Of a stretch of DNA of 44,970 nucleotides, positions 24,177 through 35,900 are shown one piece after another. The notes under the pieces were generated by a model. The model saw only the letters and a program-made list of their open reading frames with translations, was not told the origin of the DNA and did no database searches. The stretch spans positions 14,766 to 59,735 of the forward strand of contig PS015192.1 of the NCBI GenBank assembly GCA_048213135.1. The letters are read 5' to 3'. The first letter of the stretch is position 1. Every line of letters starts with the position of its first letter. The position numbers and the translations under genes were made by a program. The stretch comes from Reclinomonas americana ATCC 50394 (Eukaryota).

Positions 24177-26019
24177 TCATCTTTCACTGCCCCACATTAC
24201 TGGTGGCTGAACCAAGCTGTCCGACCATGTGCGAGCTGCGGCGGGTTGGTCACCCGCTCCATTCCATCCACTCCGAATCTGTTGTGGTGTACTGCTCCGC
24301 TGTGCTTGCCGTTGTTGCTGCACCGGTGGCTACAGCAGCAACGCACAGAGTCAGCAAAACAGATGTCATCGATAGAGAGAGAGAAAAAACTCCTACTCAC
24401 CAACTCCACTGGCAGCAGAGTGATGCAGCCGGCATGTGCAGCGGCTACGTCGGTACGCCAATCGCGAATCCGATCGAGCCAGTTGCGATTGTCAACGTCG
24501 ACGCTCACCGACACGAGACCCGCACGGGCCAAGTTCTGTGCACTCAGCTCGAGAAGCACAGGTGCGGGACCGTTCGAAGTCGGCGTCGAGGGAGAGTGCC
24601 CGGTCGGAGTGGTATTGCCTCCTCCACCCAAACTCATCGACGAGTTTCGCGTGTGCGGTGTGAAGCCGCGTGATGGCGAAGCAGTCGCCGACGTCATCTG
24701 CGATACGAGTGAGCACCGAGGGGGAGAGGATACTTGCGAGACGAGGAAGGCGACAACTGTCAACGCACTGTTCGGGGATTATTGTGAGGCAGGGCTTCGT
24801 TGACAGAATGCGTGCTCCCGATGCCGCCGTCAATCAGCGATCCGATCACACTGTCCGACGCCGCCCAGTTCGACCGATCCGATCCGGCCGCGCCCCCTTG
24901 TGGGCTATTCAAGTCGGTACGGCCGACAAAGAGCAATGCCGGTGATAATCGCTGGTTCTTGGAGGGCGGTGTCGACGGCCGGATGCTCGCCGAGTGCGGT
25001 GGCAAGCTCGACAGAACCATGCGTCCAGTGGCGGGTTTCCGCAACTTGCAGCCCTGTGCTAGCGCAAGAGGTTGCGGCTGATGCGGCTGAGGGTACGGTT
25101 GCGGAGCCAGCTGCTGCAGCGGCAGCAGTGGAACAATGGAGGGACGCGCCACCGACACCTGTGACGGCGACTTGGTTGGCTTGCCGCCTGGCCTCGTGCC
25201 GGCCTGCTGACGCGCCAGCATTGCCTCGTCATCAGCCGAGTCGCCCGGAACCGGCGGTGACTCTCGCTCCGGCGGCTGTAGTACTTCACCACCGCCCACT
25301 GCCGACGGGTAGTACTCGTCGGCCGGCGACGCGTGTGCTTGTAATGATGGAGTGGCGTACACCGCACGCGGAGCGTGCACATCGAGAGAAGCCGAGGCGA
25401 AACGCGACGGTGACACGATTTCGCCAGGAACCGCCAAGTCTCCACCCAACTTCGTCATGCTGTCTCCACCGCCACTATCTCCACCGCCAGGGTCTGCGCT
25501 GGGTGGCAACGGCGGACCAAAGCCCGACTGCATATCGTCGAGGCCGGAGCCCTTGACGTGTGACGACAACGACATTCGGCGACTGGTCAACAGTGCCAGC
25601 GACAACTTGCGCATCGATCGCGAACGGATCGACTGCCGCCCCGTAAAGTTGGAGGTCAGAGTCTGTAGCACGTCCTCACCATCGTCTATCGTGCTGCCTG
25701 TTGGACGGAATCGCTGGGCAGCCGCCGACCGAAATGTCGTTGGAGTGTGCGGTGTGCGGGAGGCACAGAGACCTGCATCACGGAGCAAAAGAGACAGGAT
25801 GAGTACACCGAGTACGACGGGGGGTGGGGCGTCGACGATGACGGCGTCGGCGTGTGTGTGTGTGTGTGCGTGTGTGCGTGTGTGCGTGTGTGTGTGAAAA
25901 GTTGTCGACACGCACCCATGCGGCTCCTGGTGCGTCTGGCACGACGATCCCACACTTGTATGACGTGTGCGGTCGTACACGCTCTTTCTGTGTTCCTGTG
26001 GCCCTTGGAGCACTGGTGG
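24177..26019 (-). CDS. Ser/Pro-rich hypothetical protein (start unresolved near gap)
   Basis: Long coding-like exons in ORFs 24760..26394 and 24197..24763 (e.g. DNRNWLDRIRDWRTDV), separated by GT-AG introns. Terminal exon ends ...VMWGSER-TGA. Confidence 0.5.
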
Positions 26020-26417
26020 NNNNNNNNNNNNNNNNNNNNCCTGCCGCCGCCGTTCACCACACCACCCACCAAACTGCCTGCAGGAACACGAGACCGCCAC
26101 ACGGACAAACCAGTGCCGCACCAGAAAGAGCGCAGCGGTGGAGGCAGCACGGATATCCGAACTCGCTCGCGCATGGTTGCCAATGCAACTCGCGCGTGGA
26201 TATCCACTTCCGAGCATTCTCTCATTTTTTTCACATCGGTAAGCGAAGACCACCACCCCTCGCGGTCCCTCCTTCTGCGCGCTGTGCTTTCCTCGCTCCC
26301 CTTGTCTCTCGCTCTTTCTTCTCGTGTGTGTGCGTGCGTGCGTGCAGTTGTCTCTCTCTTCCTTCTTTCCCCTCGTCGCACACCCTCTTCTCACTCACCT
26401 CCGCGTGCCACCACAGA

Positions 26418-27002
26418 ATGAAGAGCATTCTCATTACGTTGGCGCTCGCCGTACTGGTGGCGCTGATCGCCGCCGTGTCGACCACGGAAGCACGCCGCAT
26501 GGTACGTCACTCTCTCTCATCTCTCCTTTCTCATCCTGCTCATCTCGTCCTCTCCACACGCCAGTCTCGCGACGAAGTGAAGGAGGTTCTGCGCGACCTC
26601 GACGCCCTCGGCTTCTTCGAGACCGAGGACGAGGACGAGGACGAGGAGGCGTACCCGGAGGGCGACGGCACGACCCAGGCCGACCCGAATGCACCCCCGA
26701 CAACCACCCCGCCTACTGATCCCAACGCGACTCAGACACCGCCAACACCGCCGCCGCCCCCGCCACCACCGCCACCACCAGCGCCCAAGGTCGACGCCAA
26801 TGGCGACCAGATGAGCGGCAATGTCTCTGACATGGTCAAGAAGTTTGGCGGTGGCAAGGACAAGAAGGACAAGAAGGCCAAGAAGAAGGCGAAGAAGGCG
26901 GCCAAGAAGGCGGCCAAGAAGAACAAGCCCGTGGCCACCTACACCGCCATTGACGCCGACTTTGACGACCTTGACGAGGTCGACGATGAGTTCGACTTTT
27001 GA
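26418..27002 (+). CDS. Secreted small protein A: signal peptide, LDALGFFETED motif, Pro-rich then Lys-rich block
   Basis: MKSILITLALAVLVALIAAVSTTEARRM, a 63-nt intron at 26502-26564, then SRDEVKEVLRDLDALGFFETEDEDE...KKFGGGKDKKDKKAKKKAKKAAKKAAKK...DDEFDF-TGA. Confidence 0.8.
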   Translation: MKSILITLALAVLVALIAAVSTTEARRMVRHSLSSLLSHPAHLVLSTRQSRDEVKEVLRDLDALGFFETEDEDEDEEAYPEGDGTTQADPNAPPTTTPPTDPNATQTPPTPPPPPPPPPPPAPKVDANGDQMSGNVSDMVKKFGGGKDKKDKKAKKKAKKAAKKAAKKNKPVATYTAIDADFDDLDEVDDEFDF

Positions 27003-27215
27003 GCAGTTGCTGCTGCAGCATTGTTGGAGATATCATAACACGCAAGAATGAAGTACCCGTGTGTATAACAGACAGACAATCAGAGAACTGTGCGTGCGTG
27101 CGTGTGTGTGTGCGAGTAGGAGAGGAGGGCACGTATTCCGCTCAGTTCCTGGTGCTCACTCTCTCAAGATGGCGATCATCATGCAGCTGTGTTGCCGTTT
27201 GGATTAGTAAAGTTG

Positions 27216-27246
<31 letters not shown>

Positions 27247-27371
27247 CGACGCAAAGGCAAACACGCATGGTCGTGATGATATCTGGATTTCGCGAGCACC
27301 GCCTGTGCGTGTACACTTTCTTTATTGTTCTTATTCACTGCGCATTCGGGAGCAAGCACGCAAGACCGAGC

Positions 27372-27929
27372 ATGCGAGTGTCTGTCTTGGTAATCATCGC
27401 GCTGTTGAGCGTGTTGATGCTGGCGGCCACCATGAGCGACGCGCGACGCATGGTCTCTGTCTCCACTCTCTTCCCTTTCTCGCTGCCTCTCTCACTCACA
27501 CACACGCGCGCGCAGACCAAGTCCGAGGCACAGCGACTCGTGCACGAGCTCGACGCACTCGGTTTCTTCGAGACCGAGGACGACGATGAGCCCATGGAGG
27601 CGTTCCCCAAGGGCGGAGGCGGAGGCAGCGCCAAGGTCGCCTCTGAGGTGATGAAGACCGGCCTCGAGAACTCTGCCACCGACTCTTCTGCAGGAGGTGA
27701 CGGAGGTGGCGGCCTGCCCACGGGCGCCAGTGGACTGCCGATGAATCAGCTGCCTGTGAATCAACTGCCTGTGAATCAGCTGCCAATGAGCCCCGGAGGC
27801 GGAGGCTCGCCACTGGAGCAGGCGTCCAAGATCAAGAAGCCGAAGATGCCGAAGCTGCCGTTTGGCGGCGGTGGCAAGAAGAAGAAGAAGAAGGACAAGA
27901 AGAAGAAGGATAAGAAACCTGTTATGTGA
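27372..27929 (+). CDS. Secreted small protein B, tandem paralog of A
   Basis: MRVSVLVIIALLSVLMLAATMSDARRM, a 63-nt intron at 27453-27515 in the same position, then TKSEAQRLVHELDALGFFETEDDDE...LPFGGGGKKKKKKDKKKKDKKPVM-TGA. Confidence 0.8.
   Translation: MRVSVLVIIALLSVLMLAATMSDARRMVSVSTLFPFSLPLSLTHTRAQTKSEAQRLVHELDALGFFETEDDDEPMEAFPKGGGGGSAKVASEVMKTGLENSATDSSAGGDGGGGLPTGASGLPMNQLPVNQLPVNQLPMSPGGGGSPLEQASKIKKPKMPKLPFGGGGKKKKKKDKKKKDKKPVM
27735..27789 (+). repeat. 15-nt coding tandem repeat (LPxNQ, about 3.5 copies)
   Basis: ctgccgatgaatcag ctgcctgtgaatcaa ctgcctgtgaatcag ctgccaatg. Confidence 0.85.
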
Positions 27930-27963
27930 AGTTGTCCTCCCCTCCGTCCATTCTTTCTTTGCG

Positions 27964-28559
27964 ATGGACATCTTGAGAAAGGATGAGATGCGCGCCGAGT
28001 TGCGAGAAGAGGGCCGTGCACTGCAGCGTGAACTGGAGCGCTTGGTGGCGCAAGCCAAGGCGCGATGGCTGAGATCATGTTTCGTCTCTCGTTCTTCTCT
28101 CTCTCTCTCTTGCGCCCTCTCTCTCTCTTCTTTCGTCTCACGCCACTGCATTGACGCAGCCTCTGCCGCCGCACCACCACCACCGTCGGCATCATCAGAA
28201 GGGAGAGCAGCGAGTGCGTGTGCATGGGTGATCCAGTCGCTCTGTCTCGCTCAATCTCTCATCTCCTCGCGCACAGCTCAACATGTCGACCTGTCGACGA
28301 GAAAGCGTGCGAATGGTACGCGCGTGCGTGTGTATGTGTGTTGTCTCTTCTCCTCCCTCACCGCCCACCGCGTGCTGCAGAGACAGAACCGGGACGTGCA
28401 GATGAAGACGAGGGAGCACATCAGCGCAAGAGACCAGCACCTGCGCCTTCTTCTTCCTCTTCGTCGAGTGGTGGACGACAGGGACACATTGAGGAGTTCT
28501 TTGGTTCTGCGGCCGCGGGGTCTGGCAAGCCGCGACTGAAGCTGCAGTACCTGAAGTGA
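27964..28559 (+). CDS. Small four-exon protein with a C-terminal PCNA-interacting (PIP) box
   Basis: MDILRKDEMRAELREEGRALQRELERLVAQAKARWLRS; three GT-AG introns keep the frame; ends ...SSGGRQGHIEEFFGSAAAGSGKPRLKLQYLK-TGA. Confidence 0.6.
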
Positions 28560-28571
28560 AGTGCTGTTCAT

Positions 28572-30238
28572 TCATTCGTAGTGTCTTGGTCGGTGGCGTG
28601 GTGGCGAGTCTCCCGTTGGACGGTGGTCGGGCGGTCTCTTGCCTGTCGCTGCCGGGTGGTGCTGTCCACTTGACGAGGCGTGATGTTGCTGCTGGTGGTG
28701 GTGGTGGTGCGCCGGCGGAGGTGGCGGTGGAGGACGGGAGCCGGACGGTGGTGCCGGCCGATTCGCGCGCTCCACACGCTTCTCGACCTCTGCAATGAGC
28801 GCATCGCGACTCAGTGCCTGCGCCGCAGCCTGCATACATTCACACGCATCAGCCAGCGAAAAGAGAGAGGCGGGGAGGCTGTGCGCGTGCCGCCTGTACC
28901 TCCAGCGTGTCGATAATGGTGGTCGAGTAATTCGCCTTGTCCTTGTCGTGCCGACGCCGCTGGAGAACCCAGTCACCACGCTCACTGTCGTACGCACACT
29001 CCACAATCACACCATTCACGTCGTCACTCTGCAGCGGCGCGCACGGGTGACTGACGCGAACAAGAGCGATGCACACAACAGAGGCGACCAACCTCCAGCC
29101 ACTTGTGGCGCTGTGCCTCGCTCAAGTCCACCGAGCGATACCGACTGGGTCTCTTCTCGGGCGCATTGCCCTGGTAGTACAAGTAGCAGCGTTTCTCGCC
29201 ATCTGCCACCCCTCCCGCGGTAAGACACCCACACTCAGACCATGCACCGCACGCAGGCTCACCAGGCAGCGTCTCCACGTGCAGCTGAAAGTCGACCGAG
29301 TTCATCGACGGATATTTCCACTTGAGCAAGTCGACACACGTGTTGGGCACGTACGGCAGTTTCACTGGCGTAAACACCACGCCGTCGGTGACATGGTACA
29401 TTCCACGGTCCTGCGACACAGCCACACTCGTCAGAGCCACATCACCCAGTGTGCGCTTGCCAACCGAGCAACTGACCGGGTTCTGGTACACATAGGTCTC
29501 CGAATGACCCGACTCCTCGTCGCCGTGATCCAGCTTGGAGATGCGCGAGAAGAGCTGGCGAATGTCGCTCACCTTCACCAGCTCCTTGGTCATGATGGGG
29601 AACGGCAGCGGGCGCTCAAAGCTCGCAAACATGTTGCAGATTTGCGCCGCCGGATCCATGCGCGTGTGAATGTTGTCGTGGTGCTCCATGGGCACGCCCA
29701 CCAGCCGAATGGCGTCGAACACCAAGAACGACCACTGGTGCGTCGAGTGGTTGCGGATGAGCTCACCATCCAACAGCGTCTCCACCGAGAGATTGGTGGT
29801 GTGCGGCAGCAGCGCCCGCCTCGCATCGTGCAGTGCATGCGCGGGAAAGTTGGGCACGACAAAGAACGAGAACGTGCGGTCAATCAGGTAGCACGGATGG
29901 TAGTCGCCCAGTGCATCCTCTCGCACATCGGGCCAGTAGAGAAAGTAGCGAGTGCCGTCGGTCTTCTCCAGCACCACATACTCGCGCATAACGACCTGTC
30001 ACACACAGATGAGCCTTTCTTTCACACACTCTCTCTTCTGCATGCACACACACACACACTCAACTTGGTCCAGGTGACGCTTGCCAAAGGTGACTGCCAT
30101 GGAGCCCGGGAACTGCCAGCTGCTTCCGCCTCCCTGCTGCCCACGCACACACGTGATGACAGCCGCGCGCAGTTCTCCCTGTCGCGCCCACTCCGGGTCG
30201 TTGCGCGACCTGGCGAGCTTGGACAGACCGAGCTCCAT
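28572..30238 (-). CDS. CEG1: mRNA capping enzyme, guanylyltransferase (Ceg1/Pce1 type, no cysteine-phosphatase domain)
   Basis: FPGSMAVTF; motif I EKTDGTRY; III LLDGEL; IIIa FLVFDAI; IV TDGVVF; V LLKWK plus NSVDF; OB domain IVEC...W...RRHDKDKAN (motif VI). Five exons. Confidence 0.92.
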
Positions 30239-30302
30239 TCTCACGCAACACACAGAGACCGACGCACACAGGAGATCGTCGAGGACAAGATCGACATGAC
30301 GT

Positions 30303-31101
30303 TCATTGTGTTGTCGACGTTCGTGGTGGCGCCATGCTAAAGGCGTCCATGAGAGCCTCCACGGCAATGGTCTCTGCCGAGTTGAGCCGCAGCAGAATGC
30401 CGCGTAACCTGTCCACATCCGACGTCTCCTGCACATGCTGCTCCTTGCTCATGTCGTACACTAGTCGGAAGGCACAGGCGACGCGCAGCGGATCCACGAC
30501 ATTATTCGCCCGCAGCAGCGCATCTGACGCATCGACACACACTGCTCAGAATCCGCAGCAAGCAAGCAAGCCAACGATCAAACAAAAGGGCGCGCACCCT
30601 GCTCTCTCCCCTCGTGAGCCACCGGCGCACTCATCTCCACGCACATGCTCTCCACCGCCACGCGTTTCCTGCGCGCCGCCTTGCCCAGATGCACCTCCGA
30701 CAGCTCCCGCTCAAACAGCTCCCGCACAGCACGCACAAACTCGACACGCGAGGCGCGTCGAGGCAACTGCGCCACCACGCGCTGAAACTCGAGCGGATGC
30801 ATCGCAAAGTACGACAAGTGGGCGCCGACAAACGCCAGGCTCTCGCGAACACGTGATGCATTATCTCTCTCCTCGCCTCCCTCCTCCTCCTCCTCCTCTT
30901 CTCCTGTGCCTTCGCTGGAGGAGACCAGCGCACCAGTCTCCTTCTCCAGCAGCTCAATGAGTCGCGCCAGACGTGCAAATCCTCCTCCGCCACTGCCACT
31001 GCCACCAGTGGACGCTGCAAAGAGGTCTGCGCGACTGTGCGCGTGAGGCAGCTGAGAGAGAGACAGAGGCAGAGAAGCACGTCACCTTTCCACGCAGACA
31101 T
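30303..31101 (-). CDS. Helical hypothetical protein (three exons)
   Basis: MSAWK|DLFAASTGGSGSGGGGFARLARLIELLEKE...LAFVGAHLSYFAMHPLEFQRVV...REQ|VCVDASDALLRANNVVDPLRVACAFRLVYD...STTQ-TGA. Canonical introns preserve the frame. Confidence 0.65.
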
Positions 31102-31144
31102 GATCGCTTGAGGAGACTGACAGCGCAGGACACAACGATCAATC

Positions 31145-32904
31145 ATGGGCAAGTCGGTGAGCTGTGAGACGTGCTCCTCTTCTCTATGCGTGTGTGCTCC
31201 TCGTGTCTCATGTTACGTGGCAGGCAGTAGAATGGGGCTCCGATGACACACCACCCGACTCGCAAGAGGAGGTGGTGTTTGAGGACGATGTGGCGCGTCG
31301 GAAGCGGCGTTTGAAGAGGTACGAGCAGTGCGACTAACTGCTCCGTGTTGGCATGCTCACCTGTGTGTGCGTGTGCGTGCAGTTTGCTGAACGTGGTCGT
31401 ACTCGGATTGTCATTCTGCATTGTTTTCTCCGCATTTCAGCCGACACAGGTGCTGCCGGCTTCGTCTCTCTCTCATGTGTGTGTGCTCACCACCATCACC
31501 ACCACGCTAGGCATTCATGACGACGCTGAATAAGACGCTGGGATACATTGCGCTGGCGGTGTTGTACTTTGCATTTGCGGTGACCACCTTCCCGGCGCCA
31601 CTCATTGTCAAGAAGCTCGGTGTGCGTCTGTCGCTGATTGTCGGCGGCGCCACCTATGTGCTCTTCGAGGCGGCGTCGATTGCCAGCACCCCCGACTTGC
31701 TCATTCCGGCGGCTGTGGTGATTGGAGTTGGTGCTGGTGTGTTGTGGACGGCGCAGGGCGAGTATGTGGCCCGCTGTGCCGACAAGGACAACCTCGGCAT
31801 CCTCAATGGCGTGGTGTGTGTGTGCTGCAGTTGACGCTCATCCGTCGGCCGTGCGCTGAGGGATGTCTCTTTCGATGCAGTTCTTTGGCTTGTTCCAGAT
31901 CAGCAGTCTCATCGGCAACGTCGGTGTCTCGGTGCTGATCAACAAGGGCACGAGCACGCGCCTCATCTTCACTGTGTTGACCATTGTGGCCGGCGGTGGC
32001 GTCGCTCTCATGATGCTGCTCGGCCGAGTCGACCCCAAGAAAGAGGTGCTCGCCAAGGGCGTTGCCGCTCCACCGCCGCTCACCATGTGGCAGGAGATCT
32101 CTGTCACCGGGCAGGTCATCAGCACCAAGGAGTTTCTGTGTCTCACCGGCCTCATCTTTTACAGCGGCATCAGGTTTGTGTGTGTTTTTTCCCCATGCGC
32201 TATCACTGACAATAGCAGTCGACCTCACCGGTGCCACACAGCCAAGCGTGGTTCAACGGCAAGTACCCGCCATTCTTGGGCGAGAACAATGTCGGCTGGT
32301 TCATGGCGGCCGTGGGTGGCGCGGAGATCCTGGGCTCTGTGGGCCTCGGCAAGCTGGGAGATCGCGTCGGTCGCAACATTACGATTTTCCTCGCCATGTT
32401 CCTATCGGCGGTGGCGATTGGCCTGTCGTACTTGACGTACTACAAGAACACGACGGTTGTGTTTCTCTTCACGGGCATCGCGTTCGGTTTCGGCGATGCC
32501 GGCCTCAACACGCAGGTGTACTCTCTCTTGGCGACGATTTACGAGCGACGTCCCTCCGCCGCCTATGCCGGTTGCGTCACATGCATTTTGGTCAAGGGAA
32601 CATTTTTTAGGCATGTTGACACTCCTTGTCGCCAGGTTTCAAGTTTGTGCAGAGTCTGGCCATGTGTGTCACACTGGTGTGCGGCATCTGGGTCGAGTAC
32701 ATGGACTATCTCATCATGGTGTCGAGCCTGTGGGGTGTGGCTCTCGCCCTCTACATCTTCATGGTACTGAAGGTCTACAACGCCGACAAGTTGAGCGCCG
32801 CCGCTGCGGCATCGTCTTCGGCGTCGCCCGATGTCGAGGAACGCGAGAAGCTGCTGCCGGCCGGCAACCGACCGCACAGCGTCAACGCCGGCAGCCGCGC
32901 CTGA
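31145..32904 (+). CDS. UNC93-like major facilitator superfamily membrane protein
   Basis: Six GT-AG introns. Spliced LLNVVVLGLSFCIVFSAFQPTQ, APLIVKKLGVRLSLIVG, GVGAGVLWTAQGEYV, GVFFGLFQISSLIGN, FGFGDAGLNTQ, AYAGFKFVQS. Confidence 0.9.
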
Positions 32905-32958
32905 AACACACAGACCCCCATAGCGCCCTAAGTAAACAACATCTCGTTCTTCATCACT

Positions 32959-35900
32959 TTACAAATAGTTCCACACGTACTCGGGCCGCGGTGGTCCACC
33001 ACCGGCCGGAACAGGAGGGTGAGACGAAGGAGGAGGAAGGGAGGCGCCGGTCCCGCTCAGTCCGTTGGTGTCGGCGATATACTTCGGCGATCGACAGCGC
33101 AAGCCGTCGTCGGCGACATGATACCGCGTTTGTCGTGCCGGTGGCGCAACATTCGAGAGACGGTCCATTAGCACTTGTCGCACATGGTGCACGTCTGCAT
33201 CCTTGCTGCCGGCGGCCGCACCAGGCACGTCACGCACCGGTGGCGAGCTCGAGTACGCCACACGCGAAACACCGCCGCCGCCTCGAGGAGCAGGTGCCAT
33301 GTATCGTGATCGCGCAGTAGGATCTGCAGGTGTTGTTGCATTTACCGTCCTTGTCGTTGTTGTCGCCGTCGTTGTCGCCGTCGTCGCTACTGTCGACCTG
33401 GCCACACTGTCCAAGTAGACGTACTGCACGTGCGCCGGTGCCGGTGCACGGCTTCCCGAGTGTCGGCCATGCGCGTTCGCAGCAGCAGGAGCAAACTCCA
33501 CCACCTGACTGCCGCGCCTGCTACTTTTCGTGCTCGCCGTCGTCGTCGTCGTCGTCGCCGTCGCCCGAGCACCTTTCGTGGCCGCTCTCGCCGTCGGAGA
33601 TGACGGCAGTGACCGCGCATCCTCACCACCTGCCAGACTCTGGTACTGCAGTGGTGGGGGCGCCGCAGCGTCCGTTCCCACTCGGCGGTAATGATGATGC
33701 CTCTCTGCCAGCAGACGTGGAGCTATAGCTTGTGGTGGTGGTGGTGGTGGTGGTGGCTGCGGCGGAGGCGATGCCGGGTCGGGTGGCATCCAGAGTGCGG
33801 AGGCCAGTGGTGTCGGTGAGCTCGGACGCGCCGAAACGGGTTCACTCATGCCGGCCGGCGATCGTCGATCGGCGTACTGCAATCATGCAGGCAGACACAG
33901 AATGCTCAATGAATGCACGTGCGAGATAAGTCTCGAGAAACGGCTTGCTCACCTCCGGCGGTGAAAATGGTTGTCGCTGCTCGTGCGTGATGGTGCCGTC
34001 GAGGTCGACTGCACGCGCCTCCTGCAGCACTTGCAGCGCTCGCAGTTTCGCCTCCTTCTCCTCCAATTTGCGTTGCAGCATGAGACGAGTGGACTGTCGC
34101 TTACTTCGACGTTGTTGACGTCTACAGACTGAGGGTGAGTCGTCGAATACATTCGACATGGAGGCAGGCACCATCACGCACGTGTCCTTGCGCTGTGTTA
34201 TTCTGAGGAGCTCCAGCTCGGCTGACGTCAGGCTCTCTGGTACCGCCTGCGAGTGGTGCGGTGAGATGGACGAGAAAAAACGCGGAGCGGCAGAGAGGGA
34301 GAGACACACACATACCCCGACATCCAACGCCGTTGATCCGTTCGACTCTGCGCTGCGATTGCGCATGCGCAGCAGCTCTTGCTCGGTGCTTGTCAACAGG
34401 CCGTCGAGACATGTGTAGGGCACTGAAGACAGCTCCGCATCGTCTTCGGTTTCATGCACCACCGATGCGCGGCGTGCAGGCGACGCGTTTTCCCTTGAGC
34501 GATCTGTGAGGCCAGGTGGTGAGCGAGTGAACCGGATCATTGCGCGCACACTGCAGACTCAACATGTCTGCCACGAGGGCGGCGGTGGAAGTGTGTGGAT
34601 GGATGCAGTCTCTCGCAGCTGCACAGACGCACGAGTGAGAGATGTTATTGGGTAGCTCCAAAAAACGCCATGCACGACGCACCACGCGCGTGAGCCGATC
34701 GAGCTCGTGACTGATGGTTCGACATGTCTGCACGGAGGATCAGCAGTCAGCGATCGCAGAGTCCTGCTACGCGCGCATGCCTTGCTCACGAACCTCACTG
34801 AGAGCGCCGTCGGACGACGAGTGAGTAGCGCTGGTCACTGTTGTTTTTGTGGAGTGCGTAGAGAAGTGATCGTGGTCGCGGTAGAGATCCTCGCGGTAAT
34901 GCATCCGACGCTCCTCGGCCTGGCGAAGCTGCTCTTGCGCTGTTGTTGTACTTGGCAGGTGAGCTGCAATCGCAAGAGACGTGATGAATTCGAGCGACCG
35001 CACCTTGCTGAATGGTCGTGTGGAACTGCTGAATGAGGGCACGTGTTTCCTCGCCATCGGACGAGCACTGTGGAGGTGTAACTGGTGGGCTCCACTGTGG
35101 CCGCGAAGACAAAGCGATCATGTGAGACTATAGCTCACCTCGCTGCACGGACTGCGGCGACTATCAAAGTGATCGCGGTGAGCGGGCGGCGATGGACTCC
35201 GGCTGCGTTTGCAAGGGAACAGAAAGTGAGAAGAATCGCATGCACAGATTAATCGTGACGTGACAGCACCTGCTTGGCGCGTACCGCCGTTGATCGCCGA
35301 TGGCCCATTGCTGCCAGCCACCAAACAATCAGTGAGTGATTGGCGGTGTGACACACAACATCGTGCGGAAAAATCAACGCACCGCACGATCGTATGTCAC
35401 GAACGAGTTGCCGACCATCGCATCCCTTGTGCTCGGACTGCTGCTACTCGACGAGTCAGCGCAACTGTGACAACTCAACACACAGTGCCAATCTTTCTCA
35501 CCGTTGTTGCGGTGTGGGCTGGTCAGCGGTCTGTGAGGAGCGTGAAGCGCGCGGTGGTGGTGATCGCCTCTGTGTGTGGCGCACAACATTGATGTCAGAA
35601 CGCTTGGCGGGCATGGATATGCTTGCGCGAAGTGTCCTCCTCACCGTAGGTGATGTGGCTGCTGTACGAAGGTCGCTACGCATATCCTGCTCATGCAAAT
35701 GCGCACTGTGAAAACGATTGGATGGAAAGCAACTCTGCTCCACCGCACCCTCCTCACCAGGGCAACTGCAGGGCTGCGCACGTCAATCAGCAATGGCGAT
35801 GTGCCAACATCGGTACGCTTGCGTGGCGGCAGGGGCGGTGGAGGCGACGACGGAGGTGACAGAGAGGAGGACGATGAAAGTGGCGACAGCGGCGGAGCCT

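Noticed and set aside
25846-25896. (TG)n, (CA)n and (GA)n tracts here and throughout, as CRISPR, telomeric or mobile-element repeats
   Set aside because: They are simple microsatellites mostly in introns and spacers. There is no repeat-spacer structure, TIR, LTR or transposase.
35812-35832. Second RLRGG string (SVRLRGGRGG) in the plus-strand ORF 35693..36052
   Set aside because: It is the antisense shadow of a minus-strand Pro-rich exon (PPPPLPPRKRTD). It is internal and not followed by an acylation motif.
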